Sequence record: PZ386972.1
From: a phage
Length of the DNA: 64,000 bases
Reading direction: 5' to 3' (one strand)
Part shown: piece by piece, positions 30,650-41,077 of the stretch
Numbering within the stretch: position 1 is the stretch's first letter
Layout: each line of letters opens with the position of its first letter
Made by a program: the position numbers and the translations under genes
Notes under the pieces: generated by a model
The model's database searches: none
Told to the model about the DNA's origin: nothing
What the model saw: the letters and a program-made list of their open reading frames with translations, nothing else

Positions 30650-30679
30650 ATTATACTAGATTTCGAGAGAATTTAGCAA
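30650..30679 (-). promoter_or_regulatory. early promoter (TTGCTA, 18 bp, TATAAT)
   Basis: hexamers read on minus strand; duplicated 20-bp core AATTTATGTATATATTATAC also at 30737-30756. Confidence 0.5.
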
Positions 30680-30762
30680 CTAAAATTTTTATTTTTCTGC
30701 TTAGGACTTTCTTATCAATCCGAAACTTTCTCTCTCAAATTTATGTATATATTATACATCAT

Positions 30763-32115
30763 TTATGAGCTGTTGCCAAATGCAATTTTAGCTAATTGAA
30801 CTGCTTTCTCAGGAGTCATGGTAATAGTTTTCCACCCGTTGTTACGATATACTGCCATACGTCCAGAAGCCTGTCTTAGTCCAGTGCCGCCTTTCATAAT
30901 TAGATCTACAACAATAGGGTCGAGTTTACCATCGACAATACGTTGAACACGACCTGCAAGCTGTTCAATGAGAGACTCATTATTAATAAGACTTCCCATT
31001 ATTAAACAAGACAACTCATTAAGAGAAATACCCTCAGAGAAGATACTTTGAGCTGCTGCAAGTACACAAGGGCCGCCTTTTGCTATATCTTCCTGAATTT
31101 TTAATCGGTCATCCAAGTGGGTTGCCCCTATAATTTCATGTGTTGTAACACCACGCTGTGCGAGAGCTTCTAGTACTGTTTGGATTAACTCTGTTCTGTC
31201 ACTTACAATGAGTACTTTATGCCCCATATTCACGTATAAATGTGCTAAGTTTATAATGGTTTCTCGATACTCAGGATGATTATATACATCATTAGCACGT
31301 AATGCCCACGGTACGTTTTGGTTTCCTGATAACTCAACAGGCACGGAGTACCTATGGATTGTAGGTGCAACAGTATTATTAACTGGTGGGCTAAATATCT
31401 TATATCCGAAGAAATCTTTGAACATAACCTGTAAACCATCTTTTCGTTTTAGTGTACCGGATAGTCCAATTTTATAGCGAGCACATGATATTTCTAGGAA
31501 ATTAGTGAAAGTTGTAGCCACACAATGGTGAACCTCATCAACTATAACAGTACCGAATACTTTAGAAAGATTATTCGCATGTTTATTCACTGTTTGAATA
31601 TTACTGACTACAATTGGTGGATCAATATTGTATTTCCCAGAACCTATAATGCCCGGTTCAAACCCAAACCATTTACGAACTTCTGCCGCCCACATTTCAC
31701 GAATGGATGTATTCGTACAGATTACCAAAGTTTTCTGGCCAAATTTATACGCAAGTGCAAGGGCTAGGATAGTTTTACCAAACCCAGGCTTACCATTAAT
31801 AATACAGGTATCATCGCACTCTTCATATATTGGGAGCTGGTCTTCTTCACGCAGCTTGAACTTAGGTTTTGGTATATCTACCGGAGCTAATGTACGTTTA
31901 TCTACTAATTCGTATTTTACTCCTTTAGCATCTAATAAATCCAGACGCGTGATAGGAATCCACTTAATCTCTTTAGCAACAACACCACTATTCTTATACA
32001 TAATAGGGTATTTACTAGTCATTGTCTCTATGTGATAAGTGGTTTGCTTACTACAATAATCCCAAAGTTCATCATCGGGCTTGAAATAGGCTTTATTAGA
32101 TATAACAACCTTCAT
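30763..32115 (-). CDS. SF2 DNA helicase (DEAH-type; D10-like branch-migration helicase)
   Basis: 450 aa; Walker A GKPGFGKT and IVDEVHH DExH box. Confidence 0.8.
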   Translation of the reverse strand: MKVVISNKAYFKPDDELWDYCSKQTTYHIETMTSKYPIMYKNSGVVAKEIKWIPITRLDLLDAKGVKYELVDKRTLAPVDIPKPKFKLREEDQLPIYEECDDTCIINGKPGFGKTILALALAYKFGQKTLVICTNTSIREMWAAEVRKWFGFEPGIIGSGKYNIDPPIVVSNIQTVNKHANNLSKVFGTVIVDEVHHCVATTFTNFLEISCARYKIGLSGTLKRKDGLQVMFKDFFGYKIFSPPVNNTVAPTIHRYSVPVELSGNQNVPWALRANDVYNHPEYRETIINLAHLYVNMGHKVLIVSDRTELIQTVLEALAQRGVTTHEIIGATHLDDRLKIQEDIAKGGPCVLAAAQSIFSEGISLNELSCLIMGSLINNESLIEQLAGRVQRIVDGKLDPIVVDLIMKGGTGLRQASGRMAVYRNNGWKTITMTPEKAVQLAKIAFGNSS

Positions 32116-32609
32116 AATTTTATTCTAAGTCTAGGAATTTCAGGCTCCTCTTGATGGACTTGATAAATAACAGGGCTATTATTTACCAGAATATAGCTTA
32201 TATAAGCTGGAACATAGGATAATACAAACGGATATGGAACTTTAGCTACATAGCATTGGTATTTTCCGTTATAAATTCTAGCTGAATGCAAAACTTTAGA
32301 GGTAACAACATCATAGAACGTAGTTTTCTTCCAATTAATAAGATTTCCATCAGAATCTATAAATTGGCTACGCTTTGACCCAACTAATTGGGACAACATT
32401 GATATTCTACCTCTAATAGGATAGAGCTTGTATGGTAATTCTTTCCGTTTCTCAAATAGAATAAGCCTACGTTGAGAAAAAGTGCCAGGCAACTTCCTAT
32501 TATCTAGCACATATTTATTATATCTTGTTGTAATTACGGAATAATCACCTTCTTGCTCAATTGATACAAACGCCCGTAAAGCATATACGGGCAATTTGAA
32601 ATCAAGCAC
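32112..32609 (-). CDS. hypothetical protein between polymerase and helicase genes
   Basis: 165-aa ORF, overlaps neighbours by 4-8 nt. Confidence 0.4.
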   Translation of the reverse strand: MLDFKLPVYALRAFVSIEQEGDYSVITTRYNKYVLDNRKLPGTFSQRRLILFEKRKELPYKLYPIRGRISMLSQLVGSKRSQFIDSDGNLINWKKTTFYDVVTSKVLHSARIYNGKYQCYVAKVPYPFVLSYVPAYISYILVNNSPVIYQVHQEEPEIPRLRIKL

Positions 32610-35169
32610 CGAGAATCCTTCTCACGTTATCCAAATCTTTACATACAGCAATAAACTTATCATCCTTGTATTTGCTATGATCTGGATGCTCTTTATCCAT
32701 TGCAGCTAGTTTCTTATACTCGAACTCTGCATCAAGTAATACACCCTTGACATAACGAGTATATTCATCATCATCAATACAAGCGATTGATGGGTGCTGT
32801 TTCTTCATCTTACCACAAGAGTAGTCACGAGAACCTCCAGCTTCAGAATCAGAATCAATACCAATCGGACAACCAGGAATACTGATACCACGGTCTTTCT
32901 GAATATTACGAATCAGGATTTCATTGTATTGGTCGATCAAGTCTTCACGAACAATAGCAACTACGGAGTCATGAACCAGCATAACAATCTTCATCTCTTG
33001 TTCTAGGCCAAGAGAAATGATCTCATTATCTGCATCTACAGCACCTAAAAGGAGACTATCAGAAGAAGCAGACTGAATGATTGCGTTAAATCCAGAACGA
33101 ATTTCTTCACCCTGAACGCCACGGTCTTCGGAGTGGATATTATGCAGACGACGTTTACGACCAAAGTGACTATAGATAAATCCATGATTCTTGATCTGGT
33201 CGTGACACTTATCAATCCAACGCTTAAGCTGTGGGAACTGACCGAAGTAAGTTTCAATATAGTCCTTCGCATCCGCAACAGTACACTCTACAAACGGTTC
33301 ACCTGTCTTAGCAGCCTGTTCCAGAAGAGCTTCGTTAACAGAATGAGCTACTTTAGCTGGGCCAGAACCATACAGAATACCGAAGGTGATTGCTTTAGCT
33401 GCTTGACGCAGAGCTGGGAACAGCTTTTTAACATCACGTGGTTCGCATTGGAGTTTAAATACCATGTGTGCGATGTTAGAGTGGAAGTCCGGGTATTTAT
33501 CAGGTTCATTTCTCATGTTGATAAATACCTGTTGCATATTTCTATCACCAGATAGAACAGCAGCATAATAAACTTCCGCAGTTGTTAAGTCCCACGCGAT
33601 TACACGATACCCCGGAAGGGCTACTACACAACCCTTGATAATAGATTCATCACGAGGTAACTGCTGCAGGTTCAGTTTACCAGAAGAACTCAGACGACCA
33701 GAAGTAGTCATGTGTTCGTGGAAACCAGTACGAATGCAACCATCAGCATCAATGCTCAGAAGAATCTTCTCAACGTAAGTAGAGATCAGCTTAGTCAGCT
33801 TACGAATCTCTAGTAGAGTCTTAGCAATTGGATGCTGCGTAGACAATTCGTTCAGAGCTTCTGCATCTGTAGAGTCTGCTCCAGTATCCGTCAATTTACC
33901 TGTTGGAGTTAAGCCAACATAGTCAAACAGAAGAACACGGAGTTGTTTAACAGAGTTTGGGTTAAACGCTTCATTCTGATCTTTCTCTAGCTGAACGACT
34001 TCTGGATAAGTATACAGCTTTTCACGGGCTTTATTCAGATTATGGGTTAACTGGTACTGAGCTTCTTTTAAACGATCAATAGAAATAGGTACACCACGAT
34101 CCTCAACACGCTGGAGAAATACACAACCAGGCATTAGGACATCATAATACAGGCTGCAAAGTTTTTCATTCTTCTCAATTTTTGGTAAGAAGAAGTTGTG
34201 CAAACGTATGGTAGCATCTGTATCTTTCGCAGCGTAAGGCCACATAATATCAAACGGAATTAAATCATAGGTGAAATCTTCTTTCTTGATTTTATGTGCT
34301 TTGCAGTAGTCCTCTTTGAACTTATCTAGTTCGAAGTCATAGTCACCCATATCGGTGTACTTCATCGCTAGAGATTTCAAGCCATGAGTACCACGACGTT
34401 CATCTAGAACATAGTGCTGCAACATGGTATCATGGAGCCTGCGTTCTTTATGCGCTTTATCAAAAGTAAGTCCCAGATGGTACTTATAAAAGTGCATATC
34501 AAACTTCAAGTTGTGAAAAACAATAGTGTGGTTTTCACTATCCAGAATTTTCTGGAGATAATATACTGCAACCTCTGTGAGACAATCAGAATCGATATAT
34601 ACACCCTGATATTCTTGGTGAGACATAGAAACACCAAGCAGATAACCATCTCGACAGTATAGTGCTGAGGTTTCGGAGTCGAATGCGACAGGTCCGATAA
34701 CCATATTATACACCATCTTGATATATTCTTCTGCCTCATCAGGGTCAGTAATAGGACGGTAATCACCAGCTTTTGCAATCTTCTCACGACCATTGATAAT
34801 ATCGTGGATATTCTCTACTGTTGCATCAAAAACTGGTTTCATTTCAGGTTTAAAGTGTAACTGGGCTGGGCTGATACTCGCAATCCAGTTAGCATATCCA
34901 TTATATTCTACACGTTTACCGGTATAATCACCAATACCTTTCTTACCTGCAAAGTACAGGAAAGGTTCGGCACCTACCAGTATAACAAAATCATAATCAT
35001 TCGGATCAAATGGGTTTTCTGGTGTTCCAATAGTAATGTGCTTTTTAAGCAAACGACCAGATAACTTCTCGTTACACATATGAAATACATCAACTTCCTC
35101 GCCGTATAGCTGGAAATGTTTATCGTAACGAGTGTTATTTAGAGCTTTATCAACTACTGCGATTTTCAA
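32602..35169 (-). CDS. DNA polymerase, family A with 3'-5' exonuclease domain
   Basis: 855 aa; exo motif DSETSALY, polymerase motifs RRLHDTMLQHYV-region and KAITFGILYG; RBS AGAGGAG. Confidence 0.9.
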   Translation of the reverse strand: MKIAVVDKALNNTRYDKHFQLYGEEVDVFHMCNEKLSGRLLKKHITIGTPENPFDPNDYDFVILVGAEPFLYFAGKKGIGDYTGKRVEYNGYANWIASISPAQLHFKPEMKPVFDATVENIHDIINGREKIAKAGDYRPITDPDEAEEYIKMVYNMVIGPVAFDSETSALYCRDGYLLGVSMSHQEYQGVYIDSDCLTEVAVYYLQKILDSENHTIVFHNLKFDMHFYKYHLGLTFDKAHKERRLHDTMLQHYVLDERRGTHGLKSLAMKYTDMGDYDFELDKFKEDYCKAHKIKKEDFTYDLIPFDIMWPYAAKDTDATIRLHNFFLPKIEKNEKLCSLYYDVLMPGCVFLQRVEDRGVPISIDRLKEAQYQLTHNLNKAREKLYTYPEVVQLEKDQNEAFNPNSVKQLRVLLFDYVGLTPTGKLTDTGADSTDAEALNELSTQHPIAKTLLEIRKLTKLISTYVEKILLSIDADGCIRTGFHEHMTTSGRLSSSGKLNLQQLPRDESIIKGCVVALPGYRVIAWDLTTAEVYYAAVLSGDRNMQQVFINMRNEPDKYPDFHSNIAHMVFKLQCEPRDVKKLFPALRQAAKAITFGILYGSGPAKVAHSVNEALLEQAAKTGEPFVECTVADAKDYIETYFGQFPQLKRWIDKCHDQIKNHGFIYSHFGRKRRLHNIHSEDRGVQGEEIRSGFNAIIQSASSDSLLLGAVDADNEIISLGLEQEMKIVMLVHDSVVAIVREDLIDQYNEILIRNIQKDRGISIPGCPIGIDSDSEAGGSRDYSCGKMKKQHPSIACIDDDEYTRYVKGVLLDAEFEYKKLAAMDKEHPDHSKYKDDKFIAVCKDLDNVRRILGA

Positions 35170-35230
35170 ATTTAATCTCCTCTTGGTAAGTAAGTATAAC
35201 TTCAGTGTTTCTTCTCTAACTTACCAATAT

Positions 35231-35259
35231 ATTATATCAAAATATTGGGATAATAGCAA
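35231..35259 (-). promoter_or_regulatory. early promoter (TTGCTA, 17 bp, TATAAT) for DNA polymerase
   Basis: read on minus strand; about 60 nt upstream of polymerase start. Confidence 0.6.
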
Positions 35260-35262
35260 ATA

Positions 35263-35592
35263 CTATTTATAGGTGTGAAGTAATTTACGCATTTCATTGC
35301 GCTGCTTTTCTAGTACCCGAAATTCTTCATCTATACGCAGAAAAGCATCTAGCGCTTTCATAGATTGCTCAGTATTTTCTACAACAGCCCAATCATATGT
35401 TAGGTATACCTCTTGACCTGTATCTTTTACTTTAAAGTAAATATAAGATGCAGGTAATTTAGGATCACCAAATAAATGGAAATTCTTTCGTTTATTAAGG
35501 GACTCCAGTGTTGTAAACCGCTCTAGTTTAACCTCTTTGTGTGTTATACTATCATACACTGGAACATCCGCATAAATATATACATATTCCAT
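35263..35592 (-). CDS. hypothetical protein
   Basis: 109-aa ORF. Confidence 0.4.
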   Translation of the reverse strand: MEYVYIYADVPVYDSITHKEVKLERFTTLESLNKRKNFHLFGDPKLPASYIYFKVKDTGQEVYLTYDWAVVENTEQSMKALDAFLRIDEEFRVLEKQRNEMRKLLHTYK

Positions 35593-35618
35593 AGTAGCTC
35601 CTCAGTTATTTAGGACTA

Positions 35619-36509
35619 TTATACCAAATCTTTAAGCGATTCAGCAACTAAAATTTCAATACGTTTTGCTAACATATCAATTTCTTCTTTACTTAAGTCA
35701 CCTGGGTCTTTACCTTCAGGCAGAAGAAAGTTAGCAACTACAGGTGTTAAACGCGTTTTTGTACGAATTAACTTAGCCAGTGCTTGTGCAGCTTTATTAC
35801 CAGAAGCATCATTATCTAGTAAGATAACAACAACTTTAACACCAGCAATAATATACGGACTGAACTTATCTGCAATGTTGTCTGAAGTAAACTGATGTGT
35901 ACCAAAGCAACAAGAAGCATAGTCTATACCATTATCCTCTAGATTCAGCATATCAAAGATACCTTCAACTAGAATAAGAACTGGAGTATTATATCGTACA
36001 GGAAAAATTGGCGGTGAAACTTGTTTTGGTTTTACTAGGTATTTAGGAGGGGCAGAACTGTTTATAGAACGACCCAAAAATAGGATATTGCGTCCAACAG
36101 CATCTGTGATTGGGAATACAATTCTGCCTTCCCAGTCTGCTTGGTGTTGGAAAGCAAAATATTTCTTCAAGGTCTTAGAACTTATACCTCGGAAATCACC
36201 TTCGAAAAGGTAAGCAGATTCAGGAATTGCAAGATTCGTAGATCCATTCCTAATCTCTGAAATCTTTTTACGTACCTGTGATAGTCTTGGGGACTGTCGG
36301 TACTGAGTCTCATTAAAATAATGGTAAATGCTCGGTATACCTTTACCGAAGCCACAACTCAAGCAGTGCATAATACCTGTTTCAGGATCAATACGCAAAC
36401 TTGGGTGTTTATCGTCATGATCTGGATTGAGACAACAGATGAGGATGTCCCCACCTGTGTCTTTATATTCAATGCCTTTCAGATCAAGTAGTTCTGTTAT
36501 TCTACTCAT
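35619..36509 (-). CDS. DnaG-type DNA primase (zinc-binding + TOPRIM)
   Basis: 296 aa; CLNPDHDDKHPS...HCLSCG zinc-binding motif; EGIFDMLNLED TOPRIM glutamate. Confidence 0.7.
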   Translation of the reverse strand: MSRITELLDLKGIEYKDTGGDILICCLNPDHDDKHPSLRIDPETGIMHCLSCGFGKGIPSIYHYFNETQYRQSPRLSQVRKKISEIRNGSTNLAIPESAYLFEGDFRGISSKTLKKYFAFQHQADWEGRIVFPITDAVGRNILFLGRSINSSAPPKYLVKPKQVSPPIFPVRYNTPVLILVEGIFDMLNLEDNGIDYASCCFGTHQFTSDNIADKFSPYIIAGVKVVVILLDNDASGNKAAQALAKLIRTKTRLTPVVANFLLPEGKDPGDLSKEEIDMLAKRIEILVAESLKDLV

Positions 36510-37978
36510 ATATCGCTGGCCTGTTCACCTGTTGAATTTTCAGCTTTGTCTTTCTTAGCACGTTTAGGTTGAGCCGGCTTATCCTTCTCAATAGGGATAA
36601 CGAACTCAGCTTCCATTTGAGATATATCTTCCATTGCTAGGTTGGTAGTGTTATCCATCCGCAGGGTTTCCCAGTTCATTTTAGGCATAAACTTCACGCT
36701 ATCAGAAGAACGAGTCTTAACGAAGTCAAACATAATAGCACCTTGACCATTATCAGCTTTTGCAGCATTAAGATTAGCAGCCATGTCTGCAGAATCAAGA
36801 ATCCCCTTTGACATACGTGTTCTACCATCTTGATCGATCTGGTAAGGAGCTACGCCAGCCACGTTATGTTTCTGGCAGATAGATTTGAAAGACGAGCTAA
36901 CAACCATCTGTTCTTTCCAGTCATACATATCAATGGTTTTAGAGTCTGGAAGTCGGGTTTGGTTAATATAGTCCAGTAAAGCTACTGTAACTTTATCTCC
37001 GTATCTAGCAACTAATTTATTTAATTCTACGTCAACTGTTGTAATGGACAGTTCAGGATCATAAACAATAATCATGGGAGTATGTAGTTCATATCCCTCT
37101 ATTAGCTTACTCTCCATATCGTAGAAATCACTCATCTTAGCCATTGTGTACTGTTTAACGAAGTTATCAAAAAGCTCTTCACCTCCATTAAACATTCTAG
37201 CTCTAGTTCTGGCCAATCTCAACAGAGCTGCACCTTCTAGAGTATTATTACGCATTGCTAGTGCTGATACACCAGCTAACATGGCTAGATTACGTCTAAA
37301 TACTTCATGTTCTTTCATCTCAATTGAGAAGTATGGAGCAATATCCCCATTCAAATATTGCTGAACCTGTATGTTTGAACAGATAATGGATTTACCAGTA
37401 CCACGCCAACCACCAAGCAGTAACGTTTCTGTGCGAGCTAAACCAATTTGAGCGTCGAACTCATTACAAATACCAAGAGCGATTAAGTTCAGTTTGGTAT
37501 CTTCTTCTCTCTGGAAAATACGCATGTTATCTGCGTTGAATACTTTTCCAGTATTCGTTACTTTCTCTTCTAATTTTAAGTGAAGGGAGGCAACTCGGTT
37601 GAGAATTTCTCCCTGATCCAGCATTGTTAAATCTTGAAGCACGTCTGTTTCTAGAAGCTTCAGGAATAAATCCTGTGTATATTCGGCCTCTAGGACTTCA
37701 AGTGCCTGTTCCATGCTCACTTCTGGAATTTGAGTGTTAGCTAAGACGACTAGAGCTTGAGAAAGGCGGGCGTTCCTATTAGCCTCAAGCATCAGTGCAT
37801 CAATGGACGGCATTGTGTTATATTTTTTATAATAATTCTGGACGGCTTGGTAAATTGAGGAGAAAGCGTCATTAAAATGATCTTTATGCAGTTTTGAGAA
37901 TGTTTCCAATGCTATTTGCTTCTGTTCAGAAGCTAGAAGCATCTTCAACACTACAGCTTGCACGTTAAACAAGGTCAT
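36506..37978 (-). CDS. DnaB-like replicative helicase
   Basis: Walker A GGWRGTGKS; six-frame ORF extends to 38029 but upstream start lies inside a terminator hairpin; start uncertain. Confidence 0.65.
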   Translation of the reverse strand: MTLFNVQAVVLKMLLASEQKQIALETFSKLHKDHFNDAFSSIYQAVQNYYKKYNTMPSIDALMLEANRNARLSQALVVLANTQIPEVSMEQALEVLEAEYTQDLFLKLLETDVLQDLTMLDQGEILNRVASLHLKLEEKVTNTGKVFNADNMRIFQREEDTKLNLIALGICNEFDAQIGLARTETLLLGGWRGTGKSIICSNIQVQQYLNGDIAPYFSIEMKEHEVFRRNLAMLAGVSALAMRNNTLEGAALLRLARTRARMFNGGEELFDNFVKQYTMAKMSDFYDMESKLIEGYELHTPMIIVYDPELSITTVDVELNKLVARYGDKVTVALLDYINQTRLPDSKTIDMYDWKEQMVVSSSFKSICQKHNVAGVAPYQIDQDGRTRMSKGILDSADMAANLNAAKADNGQGAIMFDFVKTRSSDSVKFMPKMNWETLRMDNTTNLAMEDISQMEAEFVIPIEKDKPAQPKRAKKDKAENSTGEQASDI

Positions 37979-38003
37979 TCTCCTTTGCACGCTTTCGTGC
38001 CTT

Positions 38004-38041
38004 CTAAATGCAAAAAGGGGAAGGAGCATAGCCCCCTCCCC
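38004..38041 (-). terminator. hairpin terminator after D5-like gene, overlapping alternative helicase start
   Basis: imperfect G/C-rich stem followed by TTTTTGCATTT on minus strand. Confidence 0.5.
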
Positions 38042-38060
38042 TTAGGTTTAATTTACCAGA

Positions 38061-38828
38061 TTATTCAGCAGCCGCAGCTTTTGCATCCAGTTTAGCACGC
38101 TTAGCGGCACCATCATAGTCCTTAGCAACCAGACCACGACGAGACAGCATAGATTTAACACCGCGCTCAGATTTACCAGTTTTCTCAGCGATCTCAGCAA
38201 CAGTCATGTTAGCCAGATCCAGACCTTCTAACAGATCTTCACGAGTTTTAGCACTTGAGGTTTCCTGTACCGGCATAGCAGCGATACGACCTTCACGAAG
38301 CAGGCTCAGAGCTTTACCACGGATCTGCTTGATATTACGACCGAAGTGAGCAGCGATAGCTTCAATAGTAGCACCAGCAACAACCTGATTAACAAAATCA
38401 GTTTCTTCATCCGGAGTAAAGGAACGAACAGCAGCAGCTTTTTCAGTTGGTTTAACAGAAGCAGTCATTTCCAGACTCAGGATCTTACCCTGTACCTGTT
38501 TAGCACCGAACTGACCACCAGCTACAGCAGCAGCGATTTCAGCATAGGTATACTGACCAGCATGAGCGTTCAGGAAATCAACCAGTTCAGCTTCCTGCTC
38601 AGGAGTCCACGGGGATTTCTGTACTTCGTTAGCTTTCTGTACTTCAAAACCTTCTTTACGCAGTTTAGAGCCAACAGAGCGAGCAGTAACATCTTTGCCA
38701 GTTTCAGCAGCCAGTTCAGTAGCGATAGCAGCTACTTGTTCTTGAGAGATTACAGAAACACCCAGAGCAGTGGCTTTTGCTTTCAGAGACTCGGTTACAC
38801 CTTCTACGTTCCAGTTCAGTTTAGACAT
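38061..38828 (-). CDS. D5-like DNA-binding protein with repeated helix-turn-helix-like modules
   Basis: 255 aa; three internal repeats of a WT/FTPE...EIA...G module; Ala/Lys-rich C-terminus. Confidence 0.55.
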   Translation of the reverse strand: MSKLNWNVEGVTESLKAKATALGVSVISQEQVAAIATELAAETGKDVTARSVGSKLRKEGFEVQKANEVQKSPWTPEQEAELVDFLNAHAGQYTYAEIAAAVAGGQFGAKQVQGKILSLEMTASVKPTEKAAAVRSFTPDEETDFVNQVVAGATIEAIAAHFGRNIKQIRGKALSLLREGRIAAMPVQETSSAKTREDLLEGLDLANMTVAEIAEKTGKSERGVKSMLSRRGLVAKDYDGAAKRAKLDAKAAAAE

Positions 38829-39603
38829 TATTATTTTTCTCCAATAGTTCTTTAATCGACAGGATTTCTATCCCATTCGTTTCGGCTTTCTTATAAGATG
38901 AGGAAGAACGCTTCGATTCATCCTCACAGATTAGGTATTTGACGTCTTTGGTAACGGATTTCTTAACCGTATACCCTAGACTTTCTAAATAGTTTGTTGC
39001 ATCCGTTCGATTTGCAAAATCTTGCAAAGATCCGGTAATACATACCGCGATTCCATTTGGCTGGGCAACTAATTCATCTGTAATGATGACGTCAGCTTTA
39101 GTGCCCTTAATACCAGTTGAAAATTTCCACGGTAATTCGATAACATCCTTGCCTTGTGGGGAATTTAGCCAGGCTTTATAATTTTCTCCAGCCTTGCCGT
39201 CAGCCTTCACATCATGGAAGCTAGTGCAATTTTGGGATAATTTCTTTGCTGCAACCTCTCCAATTAGAGGGATTCCTAAAGAACCGAGAACTGAACCAAA
39301 GTCAATGTCTCCGCGAACTTTAGTATTTAATTCGCTAATTAACTTAGCGGCAACCTTGCTACCCACGGCTCTAACCAAATCTTCTTCGGTTAGGTAAAAT
39401 AGTTCTGAGATCTTCGTCAGCTCCAGCTTCTCAATAGTTTTTGGACCAAAGCCCTTTAACTTCATTTTTGTACAGAAGTTCTCAATTAACTTACTTGATT
39501 GCGCTGGACAGTTGGACTTATTCCGACAAAATAATTGTCCGTTGACAAGATCTAGCTTAGAACCACAAGAGGGACATTGTGTTGGAATTTCGATTTTCAT
39601 CAA
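38821..39603 (-). CDS. NAD-dependent DNA ligase, C-terminal part (Zn finger, HhH, BRCT)
   Basis: 260 aa; CPSCGSKL...CRNKSNCPAQ zinc finger at N-terminus, GFGPKTIEKL HhH. Confidence 0.8.
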   Translation of the reverse strand: MMKIEIPTQCPSCGSKLDLVNGQLFCRNKSNCPAQSSKLIENFCTKMKLKGFGPKTIEKLELTKISELFYLTEEDLVRAVGSKVAAKLISELNTKVRGDIDFGSVLGSLGIPLIGEVAAKKLSQNCTSFHDVKADGKAGENYKAWLNSPQGKDVIELPWKFSTGIKGTKADVIITDELVAQPNGIAVCITGSLQDFANRTDATNYLESLGYTVKKSVTKDVKYLICEDESKRSSSSYKKAETNGIEILSIKELLEKNNNV

Positions 39604-39630
39604 ATTTCTTCCTTATCAATTTATATAAAT

Positions 39631-39659
39631 ATTATAGCAAGTATTTAAGCATTTAGCAA
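39631..39659 (-). promoter_or_regulatory. early promoter (TTGCTA, 17 bp, TATAAT) for ligase C-terminal gene
   Basis: read on minus strand in the ligase spacer. Confidence 0.6.
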
Positions 39660-39723
39660 CTACAATTTTAACTAACTTTGCTTACCCTCGCCATAACTTT
39701 CTATCCCTCAACTGAATGATAAT

Positions 39724-39752
39724 AGTATATACCTAAGCGGCGAAAATGTCAA
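39724..39752 (-). promoter_or_regulatory. second promoter in ligase spacer (TTGACA, 17 bp, TATACT)
   Basis: consensus -35 hexamer with 17-bp spacer read on minus strand. Confidence 0.5.
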
Positions 39753-39802
39753 TAACCACTTTATAATTCCGATATGGTAGATGGGTAGCAAAGGGTTATG
39801 TA

Positions 39803-40774
39803 TTAATCGTATACTCGTTCTACTATGCACGGGATTACACCACCAGCACGAATCACTCGAATCTGGCAACCGATCTCTAGATCGAGAGAGTTAATATAAT
39901 CAACGTTATTAAGAGTCGCTTTAACAATTGTAGCATCATCAATAATTACCGGTTCGAAATAACCAACTGGAGTTACTTTACCAGAAGCCCCTACCTGCCA
40001 TTCAACTTTAGTAAGAGTTGTAACCTCGCCTTCTTCATCCTCTTTAATAGCGAATGCTCCACGAGGGAATTTATTAGTCCAGCCTTCACGGAAGAATTTG
40101 TTGTTGTCATTAATACGAACAACTTTACCATCCGTCGGAATCCATTTAAAGAAGGAACGCACATTAACAACTGTTAAGAAGTTCTCATTCTCCAGCCAAA
40201 GCATATCTTTTAAATATGCTTCTGTAATACCTACAGATTCAGCAGAACACTGGATACCATATGCAACGAAGATTAAACCACCTTCTCCGATACGTTGTAC
40301 AAAATCATCACTATCTTTGAGGTTAATAGCACCAGAGGCAAAGTTACGTTTATTTTCTACTTCTTTTGTAATTAGAACTTCACCAGTGATTTGAGTAGGT
40401 ATTTTTTGGGAAATCTTTTTAGGGATATTCAGCAATCTTACGTTGCTTGTGACATCATTTCCCAGAATACCATTGCCACGAGTTAGTGCTTGAACAAATT
40501 CTCCATTAATATATAACAGAGAAATCGCACAACCATCTAACTTATCAGTTTCTACCTGACCTAATGGGTTGAATGGGGGTTTATCTCCACGATTATAATA
40601 AACTTTCTGTAAAGAATACATACGATATAGATGTGGAATATCACCCTTAGGTCCGATCTCTTCTTCTAACGGGAAGCGTTTTACCAGGCAATCATACTCC
40701 TCATCTGAGATTAAAGACATACCTTGATAATATGCTTCTTGGCAACGTTTAATAAAGTCTTTTACATTGGTCAT
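39803..40774 (-). CDS. NAD-dependent DNA ligase, N-terminal part (adenylation + OB domains)
   Basis: 323 aa; KLDGCAIS adenylation motif (KxDG); OB-domain-like C-terminus ending at a domain boundary. Confidence 0.8.
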   Translation of the reverse strand: MTNVKDFIKRCQEAYYQGMSLISDEEYDCLVKRFPLEEEIGPKGDIPHLYRMYSLQKVYYNRGDKPPFNPLGQVETDKLDGCAISLLYINGEFVQALTRGNGILGNDVTSNVRLLNIPKKISQKIPTQITGEVLITKEVENKRNFASGAINLKDSDDFVQRIGEGGLIFVAYGIQCSAESVGITEAYLKDMLWLENENFLTVVNVRSFFKWIPTDGKVVRINDNNKFFREGWTNKFPRGAFAIKEDEEGEVTTLTKVEWQVGASGKVTPVGYFEPVIIDDATIVKATLNNVDYINSLDLEIGCQIRVIRAGGVIPCIVERVYD

Positions 40775-41047
40775 TTATTCTGCCTCATAGTATGTGGGTT
40801 GTCTAGTGGATCCGTGCCATGTATAATTTTTGCAAAGATGCAAATATGTAGTTTTTACTAGCCTATCTGACAACGGAGAGTATATTTCAGCTACTAATAC
40901 TTCTTTTTCGTAATGAAGTGAAATCAGCTTATACCCACTTCTAGTTTTAGTATACTTTTCTCCATTAATCTTCTCCTCCCACATAAGTATAAGAGGCTGT
41001 CCGATGTACGGGAAAGGTTTAAGTGTACTTATACTTATCTTTTTCAC
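40775..41047 (-). CDS. hypothetical protein
   Basis: 90-aa ORF with GTG start downstream of promoter 41078-41106. Confidence 0.35.
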   Translation of the reverse strand: MKKISISTLKPFPYIGQPLILMWEEKINGEKYTKTRSGYKLISLHYEKEVLVAEIYSPLSDRLVKTTYLHLCKNYTWHGSTRQPTYYEAE

Positions 41048-41077
41048 TTTGCAACCCTCTCATTAATTTATATAAAT

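Noticed and set aside
36506-38029. Full-length 507-aa helicase ORF starting at 38029
   Set aside because: Upstream ATG lies inside a terminator hairpin for the preceding gene; the in-frame ATG at 37978 preceded by AAGGAG is preferred, though its spacer is short, so the start remains uncertain.
38346-38855. 169-aa ORF on + strand
   Set aside because: Antisense to the D5-like gene; serine/phenylalanine-rich low-complexity product.
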